DNA of 64,000 nucleotides, from assembly GCA_016748015.1 (NCBI GenBank), contig JAAOMT010000723.1, positions 262,544-326,543 of the forward strand, written 5' to 3'. The stretch is from Geosiphon pyriformis uo1. Lineage: Eukaryota > Fungi > Glomeromycota. The notes below the pieces were generated by a model that had not been told where the DNA came from, ran no database searches, and worked only from the letters and a program-made list of their open reading frames with translations. The translations under genes and the position numbers were made by a program. Below are positions 53,340 to 64,000 of this stretch, piece after piece. The number at the start of each line of letters is the position of its first letter. The first letter of the stretch is position 1.

Positions 53340-56300
53340 TTTTATTTTATTTTTTTATTATATCTTACAAATAAGATCTAATTATTATTTAATATGTAAA
53401 AATATGTTAAATATTTATAAATAAATGCAATTTATGTATTTTTTACATGTAATTAGCCACTTAAACCAATTAAAACAATACTATTCAGCTATATAAACTG
53501 TTATATTATTATTTAAATTTAAAAAAAAAACAAAATTTATGCAAATTAAAACTAATTATAAATATTTTAATAATATTAAACATATAAATTATTATTTTTA
53601 AAAGTTAAATAGTCAAATTATTCTATAAATATAATAAAATATTATTATTATTATTTACCAGTTTATTTTTTTTTATTATTGTTTTAAATTTAGAATAATA
53701 TAATCAAATTTTATTTTTATAATATACAACTAACTAATAGACAAAAATTATTAAAACTTTATTTGTCTTATTTATATTTTCAAAAACCAAAACAGTTTTA
53801 TTATACTAACTTTTAAAAATTATGCTTTTATAAAAAACAATATACAGATTATTATTAAATATATTAAAAAATAATAATTGTAAAACTTATAAAAATAAAA
53901 TATAAATATTACTTAATATTTTTTAAAAGTTTATTTGTTTTAATAAAATTTTTTTATAAATATTTATATTTATTAAACATATAAAAACATGATTAAAAAA
54001 TTCTATTTTATATAATACAATCATTAAATATTTAAGTATAATTTGTTATATATTTGTTTTTTGATTGTTATTAATAATTTTATATAAATAGTCATTATTA
54101 AATAAATGTATAGATTAGCAAAAAACTTACTTATAAAACCAAAAAACATGTAAAAATCAGAATATTATATTATTATTATATGATTTTAATCTATGTTTTA
54201 ATAAACCAATCTGTTATTATTTTTAAATCAAATCCAAATTTTTAGTAAATATATTATATTATTTTATATATATTTTTAAAAAAATGCTATATATTTTTAA
54301 AAACAACATAATTATTTGTTATAATATATTATTTACAGACAAATACAAAAACAAAAAAACTTTTTTATTTATAAGTATTTTTTTATTTTTTTTATTTTTT
54401 TTATTTTTAATATGTTTTTTAATCTTAAATTAGATAATTAAGATATTTTTATTATTTATTAAATTGGTTATATGTTATTTTTTAATCTAATAACAATTAT
54501 AAAAATCAGATATAACTTAACAAAATTCTGCTTTATAAGAATTTAAAATTATTTAACTGTTTAAATAAATTTTTATTATATTAAAAACCAATATATATTC
54601 AGAAATCAAAGTTATAATTTGTAATTTAGCAAATAATAAAAAGACCAAATTCTAAATATTAATATCTATATTCAGATTTAATTTTATAAAATAAGCTATT
54701 ATATTATAAACAATTTTTAATAACTTATTTATAAAAATATCAATAATATTAAAATTTATTTTAAGCAACTTATCTTATAGTAATTTAAAATTACTTAAAT
54801 TACAAAAATTTTACTAATAAAAAATAAAAATAATACTCAATAATAAAGCTGGCTATTTGTATAAAGTTAATAACTAATTTAAATTAATAAAATATAAAAT
54901 TCTTTAGATTTAAATTTTTTTATTTGTAAAATATTTTTCAATTAAAAACAATATTTTTTTTGTTCAAAAATCAGTTATTAAAAGTTACATTAAATTATTT
55001 TAACAAATAAACTATTTATAATAGAAAAATTTGTTTAAATATCTAAAATTAAAAATCTGTTAAAGTTATAAAAAAAATTAGATAAGTTTATTATAAATAA
55101 TATTTAAAATTATTAAATTTTTTGTAACTTAATATTTAAATTAAATAATATTTTAATCTATACACATTAATAGAAACAAAGCTAAACTGTATTCTGTAAC
55201 TAACAATAAGATAGAGAACTGCTAATACTAAATATAAATATTGTTTATTAGAAACAGCCTTTTTTAAAACAAGATTGGCAAAAAAATGGACATCAAAATG
55301 TGCCTTAACCAAATTAGGCTTCAATAAACCCTCAGTTGACAAAAAAATATCCAAGTAGTAATAGAATTTGTTTTTTTTGGTGATAGAAATAAGTGAACTA
55401 CTGATTGACAAATTAGGACAATCAACTCTATAATTAATAAGAATGACTACTGTCTTGTTATTATTGATAGAAATATTATTAATTCAAAAAAATTCACTAG
55501 CAATGTTAAGAATGTATTGGGTTGTAGTTTGGCTGTTATCAATTCAGATTGTATTATTAACAAAAGCACTAGCAGTGAAAAAAGATGTCAATCCAGTTTG
55601 AGATTTCAAGTGATCTGTCCTGACAATATAATAAGAGTTTAGTCTGTATCTACATATACTTTCCTGTCTCTTGACTTCACACAAAAGGGGATCATAAAAT
55701 ATGTACCAAAGAAGTGGTAAAAACATCTTTCCCTGATCTAAACTGTCATACATCTAATATTTATCTGTTAATTCAAAATTTGTTATAACTCTATTAACAC
55801 AATCATTGTAAATATTACCAAAAAATCTAATAAACTTGTTACATATTTTTATCCTAACCAAATTTTTTCTAAGATATTCCCACCCAACAAAGTCATAGGT
55901 CTTTCTCATGTCTTGTAAGACCAACCAAAATTCACAATTCTTTTCCAAAGTATCCTCAATAACCGAACCAATGACAAAAATAAAAAATTGTGTTGTTGTA
56001 CCTTTTAAAACTGAAAAATTGTCTCTATACAAAACATTAAAAATGCTACATGCCAATAAGATTCTGTTTGAGAGAATTTTGGAAAGAATTTTACAGACTG
56101 TCTTAATCAAAACAATTGGCTAAATATTAGTAAAAATGCTGTTCTATTCATAAGACTGAGAGATCATTGAAACTCAAGCTTTCTTCTATATACAAGACAC
56201 TGACTTACAAGACAAACAAGAATTCAAAAATACTAAAAGCATATCCAAAACCATCCTGTCACAATATTTCCAGAGCTTATTTGAGATTCCAGAAAGACCA

Positions 56301-57690
56301 ACAGTCTTATTATCAGGCAAATTAGAAATCACACCAAACAATTCATCAAAGCCAACTGGACTTATCACATTCGAGAAAGCATCATCAAAAACATACTTCA
56401 AAGGCTTATATTAATGAAACCACTTATCAAAAAAATTAGCCTTTACTCCACGCTTCCTAGTCCAGCCCTCTATTATCAAATTTACCTCAGCCTTAACCAG
56501 TTCAGATTCCAGAATCAGTTCATTCTCAACAACCAAATGGTCTAAAACTACTTTTTGAAAAGAATGCTCTAGCATACTCTTAATTGTATAACTCTTATTA
56601 ACTGCAAAATTTTTCATTCTTTTATTAATAGCTGACCTGATCCCTAACTCCTTAACTTGTAAAAACTCAGCAAGCTTGGAGACATGATATGATTTTTTCA
56701 CACTAGAAAGAGCCAAATATACACAATTAAAATTCACACCAGAGTCTACAAGATTTTAAATAATTAAAGCCTTAATACTGTTCAAAAAATTCCAACACTT
56801 CATAAGGAATACAAATCTGTTAGAATTCTCTTCACAAGAAGTCTTGACAATCTTTGAAACTAAAAGTTCCAGTTTATAAAACCTAGAAGAATCTCTGGTA
56901 AAAACATTATCATAGTCTTTGAACCATTTTTTTTTGAATATTTTGTTAGCTGAGAAAGTTATTATTTTGCAAACAACATTCTATATCACATTCAGATCTG
57001 AAAATTTCATAAAAACTACAAACTTGTCAAAGAACATTACTGCATTAGCAGTTGTAACATCTTTAAAATTATTCCACTTCATATTATTAGCACCCTTAAA
57101 ATCAAATTTCCATTGGTTCTTATTAGTTTGCTTACAAATAAAGTTCAATTGTATATCCAAAAGCCTATCTAAACTTACAGACAAAAAAACTGCTTAGTGA
57201 TTAGTGTTAAAATGTTTACTAACATTCATAATATTGTGATCCACTATTGCATCAACCAAATTCAAAAAGATGAACACATAATTAATTGTTTTTTCTACAC
57301 TCTTTGAATTCTTCTATATTAGATCTCTTGCAATTAGACTTCCTGATAAAGAATTAACCAGTCCCAAATCAAGGCATTTTTTGAAACTTGCATATTTGCA
57401 GAAACCATCCTTATTGAAATCTTTACCTAATACAACAAAAGAGGACTTATTCACAGTCTTAACTATCAGAGAATTGATATTACCAGTTTGAGAAAAATGA
57501 ACAGCCAGAGAAGCACCAGCATATAGCCCCAAAATCGAAACAGAAAGTTTATTCTTGAAAAGCAACTTGATAAAAAGAAGCCAGCCAGACACTTCAGAAA
57601 TTTTATACACATGATGAGCCAGAAAAGCATTCATAATAATTGCCACTTCAGTACCAAAAAACTCTTTGTCTAATCCAGATAAAAAAACCC
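53340..57690 (-). mobile_element. Second, 5'-truncated and more decayed LINE copy (possibly two fragments), tail-to-tail with the first
   Basis: ORF fragments at 55136-57646 are near-identical in protein to copy 1 (KILSKILSNRI, LWLVLQDM, LLFKNKLSVSILGLYAGASLA). Positions ~53436-53483 are the reverse complement of the copy 1 3'UTR. Region 53.9-54.25 kb aligns with the ORF2 C-terminus. Confidence 0.9.
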
Positions 57691-57699
57691 TAACTCATT

Positions 57700-60600
57700 A
57701 AACTTTTAATATTAAAAACAAAATAATTACTAAATAACATATAAAAAAAAATTATTAACAACAGAAATCTAAGTTTTATTATCAAAAATAATAAAATAAA
57801 AAATAAAAATAAATCTTTTAATATATATATAACAGTTAAGATTTTAAAATTTAATTTAATTTAATCTGAGTTTAATTAAACTATTAAATTAAATCAAACT
57901 TAAACCAAACTTAAAATTACCAAACTTAAATTAAAACTTAAATTTAAACAACAAATTTGATTTAAAATTGGTAAATATATTTAGATTTAATTATTAAAAA
58001 TTATATTATATTATTAATTAATTTTTTTTTAATAATTTTTGTATTTATAATCAAAAATATTATATTGTTTTTATAATTTTAAATATTAAATAAAATTTTA
58101 TATCTAAAATTATATTTTTACTTGCAAAAAATATATTTAAAAGCAATAAATAATTTTTAGATTGTTAAATAATTATAATCATATATTTAAAACAAAAAAA
58201 TTGTATTTAATGTGTTTAAATATTAAATTTTTAATAAAAATGATAATTTAAATACAATTTTCTAATTAAATTGACCAAAAAATTATAAAAAAATAACAAT
58301 CTTACTTATTAAAATATTTTTTTAATTAATTCATAATTTTTTTGAATATTTTGTCTTTTTTTGTAATATTTTTTTATTATAATATATATTGATTAGTAAA
58401 AAATTTCTAAATAGTACTATAAAAATTTAGTAGTATTTATAGTTTTACAAAAAAATAATTTATATACATATTTTAAAACTATATATTTGGCTGTTTTTTT
58501 TTGGTTTATTTAAACTTATAAAATAATTTTATACTTTATTCGGAAAATTATATTATTATAAAAATGGTTTTTTGGTTTTTAATTATTAATATTTTTGTTT
58601 TAATTATAATTAGTTTTTTGTAAATTTTTTAATTTTATTTGCATAATAATATTAATATTATACTAAAACTTTTTTTTTAATATTATAATATAAGTTGTTT
58701 TTTAATTTTTAATTGCTATATATATTTATATCTTTTTTTTATTAATTAAACCAACATAATTTTACAAATTATAAGTATTTATTTCTATAAACAAAGTATA
58801 AAGTAAAAATTTAAATATATTTTTGATATTTTATAATAACTTATTAGATTATCTGTATTTTTTTAATAAAAATAGATTATTTATTAGCCAAAAAATTTAT
58901 TTAACTTTGATTATCCAATTTTATTAATGTTTTTTGTCATAATTTTACTAATTGTATTTTAATTAACTTAATTGTATCATATTTAAACAACATAATATAT
59001 ATAATTTTAATTAATGTTTTTACAGACATTTTTTTAATTATTATAATTTAATTTATATAATTGTTTATTAATCTTTTAAAATTAGTATTTACTTTTAATT
59101 TTAATTAAATTTGTAGTTTTTATTATACTTGTAAAAGTTGCATAAATAATTTATTGAATTTTAAAAAAGTAAAGACTTTTTTAAATCTATTAATATATAA
59201 AAATAATTTTTTTATAATTTTTAACTTTTTTTAAAATAATTTTTTTAAATAGTTAAAAGATTTATGTTCAAAATAAAAAATTTTTTGATAAGTATATTTA
59301 CATTAAATTTAAAAAGAAAAAAAACAAATTTTATATTATTTTTTATAATAAAGTTTAAAATTCTAAAAAAAAATTATTCATTATATTAATATTAAATTTC
59401 TTAGTTTTAAGAATATTTATTATAAAACCAAAATTGTTTTTGGTTTTATTATCTGATTTATTATTATTACTAATTTAAAAAAGCCATTTTTATTATTGTT
59501 TAATTCAGTTTTTATGTTAAAAAACACATTAATATTAATAAAAAGTTTGTTTAAAGATATATATTTTTTATTATTTAAATATTTAATATTGTTAATCAAA
59601 ATTTTTTATTTTTGTAAAAATATATTATTAATAAAACCATAAAAAAACTTTTTAATATCTCTTTTTTTAAATGTTTAAACATTTATTAATTTTATTATAA
59701 ATAAATTTTTTTGGAAAAAATAATAAATAAAGTATCAGAAAATTATAAAACTAAAAAAAAAATTTTAAAATTAAATTTTTTGATTAATTTCAAAAAAATA
59801 TTTTATTTTAATATATAAAAAAAAGAAAATACTTATTAATTTTTTAATTAAAAATAATTAAAAAATTAATAATCTTAATAATAAACTTAATTAACAAAAT
59901 TAATTTAATCAATTTGAATTTTAAAATAATTAATTTGAAATTTATTACAAAATTTACAATAATAACAGTTTTTATATTATTATAAGTGAATTATTAAGTT
60001 AATTATGTTTTTATAACTTGGTATTTTAGTTGGATAATATTTAAATTTAAGGATTTTTTAAAGATTTTAAGTGATAAAAATTTTATATAATAAAAATTTA
60101 ATAAAATAGTAAATAATATTAAATATCTAATTTTTTTGTATAATAACTAGTTTATTTTGATGTTTATATTTTTTTGATAAATAATTTAGTTTTTATAACT
60201 ATATTTACACTTTTTTTAATATTTTTTACTAGACAGTTCTTAATATTGTAATCTTAATACTTTTTTTTAATCAATTAATAAAATAAAACAAACAACTAAA
60301 AATAATAATATAAAAATAGAAATTAGTATTTTATTAATAATTATAATTAAAAGTTATTATTTTAGTATTATTAAATAAGTAATATTAATATTAATAGCAT
60401 TAATATAATTAAATTAAATTTCAATAAACTAAGTTTAAATTTATATATAAAATTTCTGAAATTTCTATAATTTTTTTGAGTTATTATTAAAATTTTTGGC
60501 ATTTTTGATAATAATTTTGGAATTTTTAAAATCTGTACTAATATTTTTAAAATTCTTAATATTATATGCTCTAATAATTTTCTATTTTATTATTAATTAT

Positions 60601-60800
60601 TAATATTAATATTATTTTATGTTTTCTATATAAATAATAATATATAATTTTGGTTTAAAAAATTAACTTTTAAAAACTTTAAACCAATTATAAGATTTAA
60701 TAAAAACCTAAGAAAAAAATAAAAAACAAAGTTTTTTATTTTTTTAAAAATTTTTTAAAGAGTTATTTTAAAAAAAAAGTTTTTTATTTTTCTGTATTTT
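57700..60800. repeat. Extremely AT-rich decayed transposon DNA, family not assignable
   Basis: Composition as in the other decayed blocks. Confidence 0.75.
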
Positions 60801-60819
60801 TATTTTGCTGTTTTTTTCT

Positions 60820-62018
60820 TACAATTTTACAAATTATAAACTTTTTTGTTGTTGTTTTAACAGCTATTATTAGTAATATTATCATCAAAAAAAGTTGGCT
60901 AAAGATATTATTTTAAGTTTTTTTAATGACTATTTAATACAAAAACCAAAAACATTTTTTGACAAAATAAAACATTTAAAAAATAAAGTAAAATTGAAAT
61001 ATAAATTGTTTCTGTATAATATTAGTCAATTTAAAAACATTAACACAAATTTAAATAGTATTAAAAAGAATATTTTTACTTTTAATATTAAATATAGTAT
61101 TAATAATAAAAGTAAAAAATCTTTGAATTTTTATATTAATAAATTTAAGACTAAAAAATTTAATATTGACAAAATAATAACTTCTTTTTTTGGTTTCTGT
61201 AATTTTAATATTAATAGTAAGAATATATTTCTTTTTTTTTCTATTAATATATTTTTTTTAAAAATAAATTAACTCCAAAATTATAAAAACTTAAATAAAA
61301 ATACTTATTAAAAAGTTTTTTGTTTTAAATATTAATCTCTTAATAATTAAAAACAAATTAATTAAAGTTAAGATATAAGCAATCAGAAATTTTTTTTAAA
61401 AATTAATGGTTTTAAAAAGACTATTATCTTTTCAAAATTTAAAAAAATAATCAGATTTATATTTATATTTAAAAATAATATAAAACAAACTATATTATTG
61501 GTTAAAAAAAACAATATTTAAATAAATAGAAATATTAAAAAACAAAAAATCTATTTAAATTAGACTATAGTAGTTAAAAAAATTTTATGAATACTTTTAA
61601 AAAAAATTATTTTAGTTTTATTTAAATATAGATAGTATTATTTAAAATACAACTTATTGAGTTGTAATAAAAGACTAATAAAATTTGCTAAATTGGATTA
61701 AACTAATGTTTTAATATTAAGTTTAATTAAAACATATTTAAATATTAAGTTTTTTACCAATATAGTCTTGAAAAAACTATTTTAAACAAATAATTTTTTT
61801 ATTTAATTTCGACTATTCTATAATTTATTATTAATTACAAGATATAATTTAGTTTTGTCTTTAAAAATATGTATAATAAGTAAAATATATTAATTAAAAA
61901 AGATTTGAAATCTAAAGCAAATTTGCTTAGAAATTTTTTAAGTAAAACTATTTACTATTTTTTTTTGTATAATTAAAAAATTTTGAGCAAATATAAGCAA
62001 AAAATAAAGTGTTTTTAA
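60820..62018 (+). mobile_element. Third, severely decayed and internally deleted LINE relic (ORF1 region joined to post-RT region)
   Basis: 61310-61460 aligns with copy 1 ORF1 (aaattaatggtttt vs gaattgatggtttt; ataatcaga vs atcatcaga). 61720-62010 aligns with 50223-50238/51059-51333 (agtttaattaaaacatatttaaatattaagtttttt vs agtttggtgagagcgcattcagatgttcgtttttt). Confidence 0.75.
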
Positions 62019-62945
62019 TATTATCAACAAAAATTTGAGATATTATTTAATATAAAATTATTTTTATTATTAATTAACATATATTATTATTTTAATTTAT
62101 TATTTATTATCTTATTAAATTAACCAAATTATTATTTAATTAATAATTTAATTTGTATAAAACACAAATATAATCAAATTATGATAATTAAATCATGTAA
62201 TATACTAAATTATATAACAGTTAAAATTCACTAAAATATTTAAAATTTTGATAAAATATTTAATTTTATTAAAATAATTTATAGTTTACAAAAATAACTT
62301 ATAATTTATTAAAATGTATTTTTAGTTTGCCAAAATATTAAAAAAAAATACTGGATCATAGAATAAATATTACAACAAGTTATATAAAAGAAAAACTTTT
62401 TTTTTTATAAAAATATATTTTAATTTAAGATATTCTGCTTTAATAATTAGTTATTACAAATTATCTTAATAAAAACTATTTTAAAAACTTTAAAAACTTT
62501 AATTATTATTACTTAAAATTATCTATTTGAACTAACATTTAAAATTAATTAGCTATTAATTTCAGTAACTATTAATAACTTTTAAATTTAAATCTGAAAT
62601 GGCTTTTTTAATACATATTTTTTATTTTTAGTTTATTTTTTTTTAATTTTTTTTATATTATTAAGTAGTTTACAATCAAAATTTTTCGTAGAAAAGTTGA
62701 TTTTTACAGCAAAATAACCACATATTATTTTGAAGAGCTTATAAATAAAATTTTTCTGTAAAAAAATTGACTTTATTGCAAAATAACTACATAAATAATT
62801 GGTATAAAATTAATTATTTTATTATAAGTTTAATAGTATATACTGTTTAAAGTATAGAAAAATACTTCAAAAGAAAAATTAGCTTATTAAAAATTTATTA
62901 GCTTTTATTAACAATAGATTTAACAACAAAATAATATTAATAACA
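62019..62945 (+). mobile_element. Decayed LTR-like element (family C-related)
   Basis: TATTATC...AATAACA termini with TTAA on both flanks; 3' half homologous to ~23050-23517. The 5' boundary is tentative. Confidence 0.55.
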
Positions 62946-63508
62946 TTAAAAAAAAGTAAAATTTTTTTTGATAATAGTTAGTGTTTTTTCAAAAATAATA
63001 CAGCAAAAATTATATTAAAATAATAATTACATCTAATATAATAACTTTAAAGTACTATCAATTAATTTATATCTATTATAAACAATAATTTAGAATATAA
63101 AACAGAATTATAGCTGTTAAGAAACTATTTTTTATATATATTGAGAATCGAATTAACAATTATTTTTTTCAAGATTATAATATTACAGAAGTTAAATAAA
63201 ATCTACTACTTAAATAAAGACTCAAAAGCTATTAGTATAAATATTTGTACTATTTATTTTTAAAAACTTGACTATAATATTATTTAATTTTGTGAAGAAA
63301 AATATATTGTCAATTTACAATTTATTCTTAAACTTAAATTTAAAACCAGCAACAAAAACAAACAAAAAAACATTAAACCAGTTTATATAACTTTTAATAT
63401 ACTAAAAACAGTATTTAAACAATTACAAATACTTAAACAAAGAATTAATATTAAAATTACCACTTTTAATTACACTTTTTTCAGTTTTATTTGCTTAAGT
63501 ACAGATAT

Positions 63509-64000
63509 TATTACTCATAGAAATATAGAGAATATATATTAACATAGTTATTAACCAATCAGAAGTAGACATAGTAAAATGTGGAATTCCAGAATTCCTT
63601 TCAGGAATTGCAGGATTCCAGGAATTTCAAGATTCCAGAATTCCAGGATTCCTCTCAAAAGAATTGCAGGATTCCAGAAATCCCAGGATTTCTGTTGTGA
63701 AAAATTGAAGAATTGAGGAATCTCAATTATGTATATATAGCAGTAGGATTAGAAGCTAAAAAAACAGACTTCTCAGTTTAGATTTCATCTAGACAATCTT
63801 CCAAACCACAAATAAATAACTCTTTGTTATCTTAAACCTGCTGCCACTATCAATACTTTATGTTGATAGTAATTGATCTTTAACCACACTGGAACAATAG
63901 CTTTTGATTATGGCTATTGACAGAATACTAACTTGCAAATTGTCTTGGCTTATTTTTTTTTTTTCTTTATTTTTTTTTTTTTTTTTTATTTTTTGTTTTG
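63509..64000 (+). mobile_element. LTR (family A), truncated by window end
   Basis: Colinear and highly similar to 50239-50700 (catagttattaaccaatcagaag, gaattccagaattcc repeats, ctcagtttagatttcatct, ccaaaccacaaataaataac). Confidence 0.93.

Noticed and set aside
60895-61272. 125-aa K/N/I/F-rich ORF suggestive of organellar or endosymbiont DNA
   Set aside because: Lies within the decayed LINE ORF1 relic; adjacent sequence aligns to LINE copy 1.

Overview
Eukaryotic (fungal) genomic DNA with short GT-AG introns. The gene content, low GC and decayed RNase H-bearing LINEs and LTRs suggest an early-diverging Mucoromycota/Glomeromycotina fungus; Geosiphon-like is my inference, not a database result. 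Two compartments alternate. CpG-retaining gene blocks (1-18.9 kb, 27.65-44.5 kb) carry CDC27 (partial), PPIL4/Rct1-type cyclophilin-RRM, a FUN14 protein, a hidden six-exon profilin-like gene, a SAP-domain kinase, GNA1, an EcsC-like protein, TM9SF/EMP70, a membrane DnaJ protein, TUP1 and TEL2. Transposon blocks (18.9-27.65 kb, 44.5-64 kb) hold three LINE copies in progressive states of C->T/G->A decay plus nested solo LTRs. Most notable observations: (1) repeat-restricted transition hypermutation that goes beyond CpG (RIP-like); (2) solo LTRs with 4-bp target duplications centred on CG, including one whose two copies decayed on opposite strands (ATGG/ACAG); (3) an internally deleted Fanzor/TnpB remnant followed by three hairpins (candidate omegaRNA); (4) a TKL-type kinase with a WNK-like relocated catalytic lysine and an N-terminal SAP motif; (5) a divergent profilin-like gene invisible to the ORF track. 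Exon structures and alignments were made by eye; coordinates of decayed repeats are approximate.
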